DNA from: a virus
Lineage: Duplodnaviria > Caudoviricetes
Direction: 5' to 3' (one strand)
DNA length: 64,000 bases
Virus record (IMG/VR): IMGVR_UViG_2585428000_000009
Span: 25,030 to 89,029 of that record
The notes under the pieces are model-generated. The model made no database searches. It was not told where the DNA came from and saw only the letters and a program-made list of their open reading frames with translations. The first letter of the stretch is position 1; each line of letters opens with the position of its first letter. The position numbers and the translations under genes are program-made. This document shows, one piece after another, positions 8,834-17,056 of this stretch.

Positions 8834-10144
8834 CTACGCGGCGTCCACAAGATCAGCCTTCGAGCGGCCCGCCAGTTTAATGCGGCGCCGCCACTTCCGT
8901 TCGGTCGTGGTGATGCTGTAGCGGAGGCTGTCGCACGAGTGGTCGTTGAGCTTGATCGGCTGATCCTTGCCCTCTTCGGTGGCTTTGGTGTCCCACACGT
9001 AGCCGGGGATCTCTTTCAACAGAGCCGTGCACCGATCGGCGATCTTCAGTTTGTCGACGCTGAAAAGCGCTGACACCGTCCGGATTCCGTAGAGAACATC
9101 GTTCATGGCCGGGACCGTGCTGAGACCGTCTTGCTTCAGCTGGACGCGGTAGTCGGCGGCGGAAGGGTCCACGGCCACAGGGCACGTGATGCGCGGTGGG
9201 TTGTCTGGGTCGTCGCTGGGGTGGTGAGGTCCAGTCAGCCACTCGCGCAGCCCCTCCGAGAGTTGCACGTTGGTGCGGCGCGCTTCCCGGTTCGACGGCT
9301 CGTACCGCCACTCGTCGACGGCATACAGCACGTTGTCGACACCGAGCCCGAGCATTGTCGCCGCGGTGGGGTTGGTGGTGCCGTGGTCGACGCCGACACC
9401 GATGTACCACTGCATTTCCGGCAGGTCCGCCCATGCGATGACGTGGCGGGACTGGTCGAAGCAGTCGTAGACGGCGCCGTCGGCGGCGACCCACTGTCCG
9501 AGGATGTTCCGCAGATAGAACAGGCCCTGGTTCTCGGCCTTCAGCGACGCGACATAGTCCGGATGCAGTGATGGGTTGTCGTCGAGGGTGAAGTCCCAGG
9601 CACCCAACCGCATGTCGGGCTCGCCCGCGCGGTCGATGAAGTTGACCTTCAGGTAGTGCTGCGGGTTGTCGGGGTTCGTCGTGGCCAGGCAGCGGGCGCC
9701 GGGGACGGACAGGCGCGCCAGGAGTTGGTTCCAGAAGTTCTCCGGCAGCAGTGTCGCTTCGTCGACCAGCGCGAGGCAGGCGGTGAGGCCGCGGAGTTTG
9801 CCTTCTGCGCGGACGTCGGAGGCGCCGATCAAATGGACGGTGCGGCCGAAGATGACGGCGATGTTGGAGCCGCGCGTGTGGTGCACTTCGCGTGCCCAGG
9901 GACCGAACACGGCCTCGTCCTGCATCGGTTCGAGGATGTTGCGTTCGATCGTTTGCAGGGTGCGCCCGCAGATGAGGATGAGGCCGGTGTTGGGTGCTTC
10001 GACGACGGCGCCGTAGAACGCGAGAATGCTCGCGATCGTCTTGCCGGAACGCACGGCGCCGGACCAGATGCTGATGCGGTGCCGCTGAGATTCGACAATC
10101 GAGGCGATCTGCTTGCGCGACAGCGGAAGCGAGTCGACGTTCAC
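8834..10144 (-). CDS. terL: Terminase large subunit (PBSX family)
   Basis: Walker A GAVRSGKT, Walker B LVDEA, TTNP coupling motif, nuclease GVDHG and DHSCDSLRY. Confidence 0.96.
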   Translation of the reverse strand: MNVDSLPLSRKQIASIVESQRHRISIWSGAVRSGKTIASILAFYGAVVEAPNTGLILICGRTLQTIERNILEPMQDEAVFGPWAREVHHTRGSNIAVIFGRTVHLIGASDVRAEGKLRGLTACLALVDEATLLPENFWNQLLARLSVPGARCLATTNPDNPQHYLKVNFIDRAGEPDMRLGAWDFTLDDNPSLHPDYVASLKAENQGLFYLRNILGQWVAADGAVYDCFDQSRHVIAWADLPEMQWYIGVGVDHGTTNPTAATMLGLGVDNVLYAVDEWRYEPSNREARRTNVQLSEGLREWLTGPHHPSDDPDNPPRITCPVAVDPSAADYRVQLKQDGLSTVPAMNDVLYGIRTVSALFSVDKLKIADRCTALLKEIPGYVWDTKATEEGKDQPIKLNDHSCDSLRYSITTTERKWRRRIKLAGRSKADLVDAA

Positions 10145-10617
10145 GCGGCGTCGCGGTCCTCGCTCGCGGCGTCAGCCTCGTGCAGGGTTTCCAGCATCCT
10201 GAAGAACGTGCCGACCATGGACGTCGTCTCGGTGGACACGGTTCCCTTGGCGTCGGCGATGGCCTTGAGTTCAGCGGCTTTGTAGGTGCCGGTGAGTTTG
10301 GCTCGCTGGTCCATGATGGCCAGCGCTCGGTCAATCTTCCATTCCGCGCCTCGCTCGCCGGCGACGATGTCGGGCCAGATCGCGGCGAGCATGGCGTCGA
10401 GGCGTTGGAGTTCGAGTTCTAGGTACTCTTCGGCCTTTTCGCGGGTGACGTCGGCGAGTGCGTCTTGGATGTAGCTGGAGATGGTGGACTTGTGTAAGCC
10501 CATGATCTCTGCGATTTCGTACTGCTTCTTTCCGGCGAGGCGTAGTTCGAGGGCGCGTTTGCGGCGCTGCTGAACCTCGAGCGATTCTTCGACGGGCTTG
10601 GATTTCTTGCGTGCCAT
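10141..10617 (-). CDS. terS: Terminase small subunit (HTH)
   Basis: RALELR.AG..Y.EIAE HTH; overlaps terL start. Confidence 0.8.
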   Translation of the reverse strand: MARKKSKPVEESLEVQQRRKRALELRLAGKKQYEIAEIMGLHKSTISSYIQDALADVTREKAEEYLELELQRLDAMLAAIWPDIVAGERGAEWKIDRALAIMDQRAKLTGTYKAAELKAIADAKGTVSTETTSMVGTFFRMLETLHEADAASEDRDAA

Positions 10618-10659
10618 TGGGCGGAACCTCCGTACACGGCGGCTCCTGGCCGTCCGCGA

Positions 10660-10830
10660 TCAGGTGGTGATGGGGTCGGCTGCCACCTGGGCGAGCCGAT
10701 TGAGGGGCACGATGCGTGCCGGACCGGAGATGAGGGGCGTGATCAGGGCGCGACCGTGGCGTACACGCGTGACGCGATACCGCGACGGCGTGCCGGTGAC
10801 GGTCACGATGTCGCCGACCGTGATGGCCAT
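10660..10830 (-). CDS. Hypothetical protein (56 aa)
   Basis: GGAGG RBS + ATG (MAITVGDIVTV...); not in the ORF track. Confidence 0.55.
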   Translation of the reverse strand: MAITVGDIVTVTGTPSRYRVTRVRHGRALITPLISGPARIVPLNRLAQVAADPITT

Positions 10831-10854
10831 AACCAGACCTCCGGAGACGAGGGG

Positions 10855-11100
10855 CTACGTGCGGGCGAGACGTGTGACGAGACGCGCGACCCAGGTGAAC
10901 AGATCCACCTGGGGCGGAAGGTCGTTCATCAGGTGGCGCGCGGTGTACTCGATCGCCACCCGCGTCAGCAGCGGGTGCTGCTCCAGGGCGCGATCGACGC
11001 CCTCCGACAGCAGCTCCCCCGGCGGCGCGACCAGTTCCGCGACGACGACCGCGGCGCCGACGAACACCCACAAATGCCACGCTTTGATGCGGGATCTCAT
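10855..11100 (-). CDS. Small membrane protein
   Basis: N-terminal hydrophobic helix; GELLSEGVDR motif typical of actinophage proteins. Confidence 0.7.
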   Translation of the reverse strand: MRSRIKAWHLWVFVGAAVVVAELVAPPGELLSEGVDRALEQHPLLTRVAIEYTARHLMNDLPPQVDLFTWVARLVTRLART

Positions 11101-11270
11101 GGCGGCTCGCTAGTCGGCTTCGTCGTCGCCGTCGACGACCATGACGTGCTCGACCATGCCTGTGTTGGTCATGGCCGACCAGATCGCGGCAGCGACATCG
11201 GACGGCGACACCTGCACGGGTTCGGGGGTTTCGATCGCGAGTTCGAACAACCACAGTTTCAACCGGAATT

Positions 11271-11477
11271 TCATGATGGCTCCTGTGGTCGTTCGGTGTG
11301 CTCGCGGCCGTCGAGGCTGTGGTGGATGATCAGCCAGCCGCGTGGATGCAGTTCGGTCCGCGGCCCGCACACGCAGTCAGCGCCGGTGAAGGTATGCGCG
11401 ACAGCATCATCGAGCGGATGGATGTGGTACTCGCTCGGTCTGGTCAGGCTGTATCCGGCTGACCACTTGCCTGCCAT
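11271..11477 (-). CDS. Small His/Cys metal-binding protein
   Basis: H..P.DD...H....CVCGP...H.SLDGRE. Confidence 0.65.
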   Translation of the reverse strand: MAGKWSAGYSLTRPSEYHIHPLDDAVAHTFTGADCVCGPRTELHPRGWLIIHHSLDGREHTERPQEPS

Positions 11478-11713
11478 GCTGCGACCGCCTCCGTGATCCG
11501 GTCCGGCGAATACCCCGCCCAATGCTCGCCACCTGCGACGACCACGGGGGCTTGGAGGTAGCCGAGGGACTTGATGTAGTCGAGCGCTTCCGCGTCCTCG
11601 GTAACGTCGACCTTGCGGTAGTCGGCTCCGAGGGAGTTCAGCTTCTTGATAGTCGCTTTGCACGGCTGACAGCCCGGACGCGAGTAGACGGTGATCTCTG
11701 GTGTCGAGGTCAA
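11444..11713 (-). CDS. NrdH-like glutaredoxin
   Basis: ITVYSRPGCQPC...LGY.QAPVV....HW.G; TTGA coupling. Confidence 0.9.
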   Translation of the reverse strand: MTSTPEITVYSRPGCQPCKATIKKLNSLGADYRKVDVTEDAEALDYIKSLGYLQAPVVVAGGEHWAGYSPDRITEAVAAWQASGQPDTA

Positions 11714-12690
11714 GGCAGGCGAATCCCCAAGTCGGGCAGCGACGGAAGCTCGATGACGGGCATCGGCGGCGGCACGAAGTCGGCGATCTCCGGAGGCAAG
11801 GCGTGCTCCACAAAATCGGGCACGAACTCCTTCACCGGAGTCGGCGTATAGGTCGGGCTCGGCGCCCACGCCGCGGCCATGTCGTCGAAGTCCGCCAGCG
11901 ACGGCAGCGGGCCGGGCGTCCATTCCGGCAACGGCAGAGTCTGTTCGACCGGTGGCAGCCCGGTCGGGGTGTGCTCGGGCAGGTTCGGGTTCGGTGACGG
12001 CATGTCCACGAGATGCTGGCCCGGCTCTAGGCCGTCGGCTTCGCCGGGCGCGTACCCGTGCCAGCCGGTCAGGTAGCCCTGCACAGCGAGCCCGAAGTGG
12101 ACGGGGTCCACCCACGGTGCGGGCGCATCGCAGACGACGTCGTATTCGTGGCACACCGAGACCGTGTTCGGCCCGAGTTCGCGTTCGCCGGGCGAGGAGA
12201 TACCGGGCACGATGCCGGGCAGCGCGTCGTAGATACCGCCCTCTGCGCGCGGGTCGCCGTAGAGGATGGTGTGGTCGGCTTGGTCCTGGATGTTGCCGGC
12301 CACTTCGGCACCGAGGGAGTGCCCGAGCACGGTCACTTCCCCGTTGGGGCATTCGGCACGGTAGGCGTCGATCTTCGCAGTCGCCGCGGCTTGACCGTCA
12401 CGGACGGACTCGTCCTTGGTGTACGGGCCGGTTGGCCAGATCGAGGACGGATAGTCGAGCGATTCGGTGCGGTAGCCGTCGCCGTAGGCGGCGAGGTGAT
12501 CACCGAGCATGGTGGGCTGGCCTGCTTGTTCGGCTGCTCGCTGGCCGGTGCCGCCGATGCCGAGAACGTATGGGCGGCAATCAGGTTCCGCTGACGCGAG
12601 CGGGGTAGCGGCGGGGAAGCCGAGCGGCCCGAGATAGACGACACCGAGCGCGGACACAGTGAGGGCGCCTGCGCGGAGACGACGGGACAT
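11710..12690 (-). CDS. Secreted cutinase / PE-PPE-like alpha/beta hydrolase
   Basis: Signal peptide, GHSLG nucleophile elbow, YGDP, C..YD.VC, catalytic His, Pro-rich tail. Confidence 0.85.
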   Translation of the reverse strand: MSRRLRAGALTVSALGVVYLGPLGFPAATPLASAEPDCRPYVLGIGGTGQRAAEQAGQPTMLGDHLAAYGDGYRTESLDYPSSIWPTGPYTKDESVRDGQAAATAKIDAYRAECPNGEVTVLGHSLGAEVAGNIQDQADHTILYGDPRAEGGIYDALPGIVPGISSPGERELGPNTVSVCHEYDVVCDAPAPWVDPVHFGLAVQGYLTGWHGYAPGEADGLEPGQHLVDMPSPNPNLPEHTPTGLPPVEQTLPLPEWTPGPLPSLADFDDMAAAWAPSPTYTPTPVKEFVPDFVEHALPPEIADFVPPPMPVIELPSLPDLGIRLP

Positions 12691-12734
12691 GAGGGGCCTC
12701 CTGGCAGGCCGGAACAAAGGGGGGGAACTCCTGG

Positions 12735-12987
12735 AGCCCGCCGCGCGCCCGGGGGTAGCGAGGCCGGGGCGCGGCGGGCTATGGTCGCGGCGCACACAAC
12801 AGGGCTGCTGCGCGACCGGACGCCACCTAGATGCCCTGCAACTCGCGTGAGATCGAGTGCGAGCGGCCCCGAGCCGAATGGGGCACGAGGGTGGTGGCGA
12901 AATTTCGCGGTAGGCGTTCTCTGGGCAGCACCGCCACTACCACTGCGTTACCTCGAATACCGAGGTCGCACTACGCAATACGCGCAG
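12735..12987 (-). ncRNA. Putative structured RNA (multi-hairpin intergenic element)
   Basis: At least six stems in about 250 nt, including a perfect 12-bp stem (12735-12746/12769-12780); no convincing ORF. Confidence 0.45.
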
Positions 12988-13521
12988 CTAAGACTTGATC
13001 TCCAGCCAGACCAGATCCATCCGCTTGTCCTCAGCCTCTTTGACGATCTCGTACGCGTTGAGACCGTAGGTCGCGCGATGGGGACCGTTATCCTCGGTGA
13101 GCACGAACCTGCCCGGATCTGGGGTGTTCATAATGTGCTTTGCCAAGTGGTCGGCAAGGGGAATGCTCACGAATGGCGGTTCGCCGCTACGGAGCGTGAC
13201 CACCAGCGTGTTATCCGTCAGGTCCCAGACCGACCAGCGCTTCGTCGGCGCATCGGGGCTTTCAGATGTCTGTTCGTGGCGGATGCTGACCGAGCGCGCG
13301 AACACTGTCAGGGTGACAAGAACCGGTTCGTGAGAGCCGATCTCGATCTCGTGAATCTTCGGCGGATGATCCTTCGGCATGAGAACGGGCTTGCCGTTGA
13401 TACGAACTTCTCGCGGAATCAGAATTCCGTTGCCGCCATCGAGACTGCCGCCGTCGAGACTATCGCTTTCCCGGTGTTCGATGATCTCGATGTCCGCACA
13501 GTCGGGCAGGTCTCTGGGCAC
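12988..13521 (-). CDS. Hypothetical protein
   Basis: AGGAG RBS, globular composition. Confidence 0.7.
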   Translation of the reverse strand: MPRDLPDCADIEIIEHRESDSLDGGSLDGGNGILIPREVRINGKPVLMPKDHPPKIHEIEIGSHEPVLVTLTVFARSVSIRHEQTSESPDAPTKRWSVWDLTDNTLVVTLRSGEPPFVSIPLADHLAKHIMNTPDPGRFVLTEDNGPHRATYGLNAYEIVKEAEDKRMDLVWLEIKS

Positions 13522-13542
13522 GTCGTTCTCCTGGCTTCGGGT

Positions 13543-13764
13543 TCAAGATTTCCGCGTTCCACCACCAGGCCAGCGGTGAAAGACGGCCCGGTAGTACCGG
13601 GCTGCGAGCCCGGATGCTTCGCGTAGCGACATGTGTTGCAGCAGAAGCGTTTGCAAGGTCCGGAATGGGTGTTCGGAATTGGCCCAGCGTGCCAAACCTT
13701 CGCCGCGGGTCCAGTACTCGTTGAGCTGGCGGCTCGCGCCGGTCTTGCCGTCAGGGTCAGCCAT
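13543..13764 (-). CDS. Hypothetical protein (YW.RGEG.A.W motif)
   Basis: L..YW..GEG..RW...HPF motif recurrent in actinophage head-associated proteins. Confidence 0.7.
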   Translation of the reverse strand: MADPDGKTGASRQLNEYWTRGEGLARWANSEHPFRTLQTLLLQHMSLREASGLAARYYRAVFHRWPGGGTRKS

Positions 13765-13810
13765 ACGCACCGCCGTTTACATCTGAAAAAGAAGACCGCA
13801 GGTCAGGGCG

Positions 13811-13984
13811 TCACTCCTTGAGCAGCGCGGGATGCGTCACAAAGAACAGCGCTGCGGCGGCGTCCTCGTAGACAGGCCACAGCACCGCGTCCACCGCATC
13901 GGCGAACGACGGCATGCCGAGACACGCGCTGAGGCGATCAGCGACGGCACGAACCTCAGCCGACAGGGATTCCGGACGGATCAC
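13811..13984 (-). CDS. Hypothetical protein (57 aa)
   Basis: GAGGAG RBS + GTG; open frame to TGA. Confidence 0.5.
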   Translation of the reverse strand: MIRPESLSAEVRAVADRLSACLGMPSFADAVDAVLWPVYEDAAAALFFVTHPALLKE

Positions 13985-14001
13985 GGGGTGCTCCTCGTTG
14001 G

Positions 14002-14193
14002 CTAAGTCAGCACAGTCGGTTCGCCGATCACGCCGCCGTCGATGTCGCGGCTACCCCAGAACAGTTCCGGGGAACCGTCAGCGTTGACGAACAGAATCCA
14101 GGAGGTGCCGTCGTTGCGGACGCCCTCGACCAGACCTGACCAGTCCTTCGTGATGGACGGGTGCTCGTAGCGTTCGATGTTGATGTTGCGCAT
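14002..14193 (-). CDS. Hypothetical protein
   Basis: AGGAG RBS + ATG (MRNINIERY...). Confidence 0.65.
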   Translation of the reverse strand: MRNINIERYEHPSITKDWSGLVEGVRNDGTSWILFVNADGSPELFWGSRDIDGGVIGEPTVLT

Positions 14194-14269
14194 GGATGCT
14201 CCTGAAAAGTGTTGCCGGAACATCCATCCGGACGAGTTAAGCCTGAAGCCACAGACGACGGGCGGGTTG

Positions 14270-14344
14270 TTCGGGTGGCGAGACTCGAACTCGCAACTTC
14301 CCGCTCCCAAAGCGGGTGCTCTGACCAAATTGAACTACACCCAA
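14270..14344 (-). tRNA. tRNA-Pro(UGG)
   Basis: CCCGC-TTTGGGA-GCGGG anticodon arm, GCGAG-TTCGAGT-CTCGC T arm, TTGGGTG/CACCCGA acceptor. Confidence 0.93.
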
Positions 14345-14532
14345 AGACCCGCCGATTTGAGGAAGTCGAAGCTCTAGCCTTGGCGGGGTTGCTCCACGGA
14401 ATAGATGTGCGCACATTTCCGCTTCGCTCCGTGTACGGGGTGGCGGTCCGGTCTATTCACTCCACTGGGTACCTCCGGGCGTGCCCGGCTTCCTAACCCT
14501 GCGACCGCTCTTACCTAGCGCAAGACCCATCG
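14345..14532 (-). ncRNA. Putative structured RNA inside tRNA array
   Basis: GGTCT/AGACC-closed three-way junction, CACGGA...TCCGTG arm, CCCGCC...GGCGGG arm containing TTCGACT. Confidence 0.45.
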
Positions 14533-14605
14533 TTGCGGTGCCGCGATTCGAACGCGGGACTCCGGCATATGAAACCGGCAGGGTACCGAACTCCCCCACA
14601 CCGCA
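14533..14605 (-). tRNA. tRNA-Met(CAU), fMet-like acceptor sequence
   Basis: TGCGGTG/CACCGCA acceptor, CCGGT-TTCATAT-GCCGG, CCGCG-TTCGAAT-CGCGG. Confidence 0.9.
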
Positions 14606-14670
14606 ATGCGCACGGCGGGGAGTGCATGCCCCTGTTGCCCCGACGACTCCCTGTCGCCGGACCGCGCTCG

Positions 14671-14742
14671 CACAGGCGGAGAGAATCGAACTCCCGACAC
14701 GCGGCTTTGGAGACCGCTGCTCTACCACTGAGCTACGCCCAT
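14671..14742 (-). tRNA. tRNA-Trp(CCA)
   Basis: GCTC-AGTGGTA-GAGC D arm, GCGGT-CTCCAAA-GCCGC, GGGAG-TTCGATT-CTCTC. Confidence 0.95.
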
Positions 14743-14769
14743 TCGGTTCCGCCACGAGGCGAAACACCG

Positions 14770-14856
14770 CGGAAGACAGAGGACTCGAACCCCAGACACT
14801 TTCATGCCCGAACGCGCTAGCAACGCGGCTCGACCTCCATGGCCGATTTGTCTTCC
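14770..14856 (-). tRNA. tRNA-Ser(GCU), 8/4 architecture
   Basis: 8-bp acceptor GGAAGACA/TGTCTTCC, 6-bp D stem, TTGCTAG loop, long variable arm, 4-bp T stem, G73. Confidence 0.88.
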
Positions 14857-14901
14857 AGTGAAGAACGGCCCTGGACTCGATGAGCGGAACCGTTCATAGC
14901 G

Positions 14902-14987
14902 CGGAAAGTTGAGGAGTCGAACCCCCGGGACGCGATGCCCGCCTCCGGCTTTCGAAACCGGCTGGCCTCCACAGACCGGAACTTTCC
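14902..14987 (-). tRNA. tRNA-Ser(CGA), 8/4 architecture
   Basis: 8-bp acceptor GGAAAGTT/AACTTTCC, 5-bp D stem with 4-nt loop, TTCGAAA loop, long variable arm, 4-bp T stem, G73. Confidence 0.88.
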
Positions 14988-15075
14988 ATCACCGCCGCCG
15001 TTCAGCGTGCGGTACAACTAGATTCGCAGGAGCGCAGTAGCGCTGCAACTGATTTTCCGACGTGCAGATACGCGA

Positions 15076-15112
15076 AACCCGGTACGCCGACCGTCCGGAC
15101 GGCTACCGGGTT
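15076..15112 (-). terminator. Hairpin upstream of tRNA array (terminator/attenuator)
   Basis: AACCCGGTA...TACCGGGTT stem followed by TCGCGTAT on the minus strand. Confidence 0.55.
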
Positions 15113-15215
15113 CACTTCCGCAGCCTAGAGGCCGCTACCAGACATCAGATCGGAGACTGGTTTTGGATACACGTGTAACGACGATCCTGATCTTACAGGT
15201 AGGGCCTATGCGGAA

Positions 15216-15917
15216 TCAGGCGGCGATTGTATCGTTTTGATAACGACGCATTGACTTCTCGGCGCTCGTACGCATCCGCTCGATATGCGCCACCAGCTCT
15301 GGCGTTATATGGAACCACTCCCCCGAGTGCCGATCCATGCCGAACTGCATGTGCCGCTTCAACTCAACGCTACGAGCACCCGGCTCAACGGCGGCGATCT
15401 CGTCATACGGAATATGACGTACCCGATTCCGCAGGTTGCCTGTCCAGCCGATCTTTACGTACGGCCCGAACCGCACGTAGTAGACGACTGGTCCGGCAGC
15501 AGACAGTCCTTCGAATATCGCAGTCCACTTCGCCTGGTGCTCGACCTCGTTACGCGCGTAGAAGCACCCGGGATGCTGGCATCGCACACGCTCGCCCTGT
15601 CGATCAGTCCAGAGGCAGTCGTCATTTCGGCAGCTGGGGCATCGCCAGAAGAGTTTGCGGCTCCCCGCTGGAAGCGCATCGCGTACCGCATCTTCGAGCG
15701 CGTAAGCGTTCATGTGCAGGGTTTCCGCAGCGAGCCCGAAGTCGCGCACCGCAGTCCGCCAGTGGTCAGCGCAGAGCCGAACGTCGGAAAGAATGGCATC
15801 GGACGCAGGCGAATCGCAATCAGATTGACCGCAGGAGGTTGCGAGCGCGCGTGTTGCAGTGTCGTTGGAGAAGTGGGTTGTCGAGTAGTAGAGCGGCGAG
15901 AACTTGGGCCGATCCAA
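15216..15917 (-). CDS. Zn-finger + GIY-YIG-like (T5orf172-type) protein
   Basis: VVYYVRFG..VKIGWT..L..R, E..RH.QF...R..GEWF; Cys pairs in the N-terminal half; start uncertain. Confidence 0.75.
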   Translation of the reverse strand: MDRPKFSPLYYSTTHFSNDTATRALATSCGQSDCDSPASDAILSDVRLCADHWRTAVRDFGLAAETLHMNAYALEDAVRDALPAGSRKLFWRCPSCRNDDCLWTDRQGERVRCQHPGCFYARNEVEHQAKWTAIFEGLSAAGPVVYYVRFGPYVKIGWTGNLRNRVRHIPYDEIAAVEPGARSVELKRHMQFGMDRHSGEWFHITPELVAHIERMRTSAEKSMRRYQNDTIAA

Positions 15918-15959
15918 ACCAGGGTCTCCTTGTATCGAGTGGTTACGGATTGCGTTGGG

Positions 15960-16229
15960 TCATTCCGGTGTCTCCAGGGCGAATCCGCCGTACACCGAGC
16001 CTTCTTGGCCCGGTTCGTTGCTGCGGGTGCATGCGTGGTCGTGGTACGTGGCGCGTGGGCAGCGTTTGTTGCCGCAGTCCGGGCAGACGATGAACGGAAC
16101 GCACCACAGTTCGCGCGCGTCCGGGTCGATGTCTTCGACGGTCTTCCGCCATTCGTGATGGCAGAAGTGGCAGCCGCACAGATCTATCGGGAAGCGGGAG
16201 AACACGACGAACGCGAGCTTGGCCTTCAT
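15960..16229 (-). CDS. Cys-rich hypothetical protein
   Basis: CGCHFC...CPDCGNKRCPRAT.H.HAC. Confidence 0.7.
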   Translation of the reverse strand: MKAKLAFVVFSRFPIDLCGCHFCHHEWRKTVEDIDPDARELWCVPFIVCPDCGNKRCPRATYHDHACTRSNEPGQEGSVYGGFALETPE

Positions 16230-17056
16230 GCCGCATCTCCCAGTTCGAACGCTTCTTGCGCGCCGACCGGTATCGGGATCGGCTCCGGCATGGCGGCAGC
16301 GGCGGTGAAGTCCGCGGTGACGATCTCGACGCGTGGGGAGACGCCATGCCATTCGCCGTCGTAGTAGGAGGTGTCGATACCGCAGTTCGCGTCCAGGACA
16401 ATGCCTGTCGCCTTGCTGAACTTCTGGTATTCGCGGTCGCCGCCGTGGCCGTCATAGCAGGGCTGGCCGCTGTATCGGAACGGTGCTGAGGTCTGCGGGA
16501 TGATGAAAACCCCGTAGCGGGCCACCTGGGCGGCGACGGCGATGGCGTGGTATTCGAACTTGCGGCCCGTGTATCCGCCGGGCGCGTCCTTGCTGCGTTT
16601 GATGGCACCGAAGGGCGGGTTTCCGATAGCGACGTCGAACCGCCCGAGTCCCATGCCCGGCACGTCGAGGATGTCGCCACACACCCACTGCGCTTCGGGC
16701 ATGATCTTCTTCCCGATTCGCACATAGTCGGGGTTGCGTTCCACGCACACGAACTCGCGCAATGGGTCGCCATCCCATCTGTGCCCGAACAGGTTTCGGC
16801 ACCCGAACGACAGGCGACCGATACCGGCCCCGAGGTCGATGATTCTGCGGACACCGTCTGGGACTTCGATGGAGAAGTCTCGCGCTAGCCCGAGCGGGGT
16901 GAAGAACGCGCCGTGGGTGGAGTTGCTGGCGGTGGATGCTTCCTGAAAGTGCTCCAGCACATGGAGCTTCTCGTCTTCGGTGAGGTTTCGTTCGAGGTCG
17001 ACGAGCGCGAGCGCTTCAGCGTGCAGCTTCTCTTCGGCCTTCGTGAGTTTCGCCAT
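16226..17056 (-). CDS. SAM-dependent amino-methyltransferase (N6A/N4C DNA MTase-like)
   Basis: FFTP, IIDLGAGIG (motif I) and GNPPF (motif IV). Confidence 0.88.
   Translation of the reverse strand: MAKLTKAEEKLHAEALALVDLERNLTEDEKLHVLEHFQEASTASNSTHGAFFTPLGLARDFSIEVPDGVRRIIDLGAGIGRLSFGCRNLFGHRWDGDPLREFVCVERNPDYVRIGKKIMPEAQWVCGDILDVPGMGLGRFDVAIGNPPFGAIKRSKDAPGGYTGRKFEYHAIAVAAQVARYGVFIIPQTSAPFRYSGQPCYDGHGGDREYQKFSKATGIVLDANCGIDTSYYDGEWHGVSPRVEIVTADFTAAAAMPEPIPIPVGAQEAFELGDAA

Noticed and set aside
14345-14670. HDV-like (theta), hammerhead or twister ribozyme, or Y RNA, next to the tRNAs
   Set aside because: I could not match the required core motifs or nested pseudoknots by eye; kept only as an unnamed structured RNA.
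14770-14987. tRNA-Sec or suppressor tRNA / genetic-code recoding
   Set aside because: The anticodons are GCU and CGA, not UCA or CUA; the branch is 8/4 rather than 8/5; genes end at normal stops with no sign of read-through.
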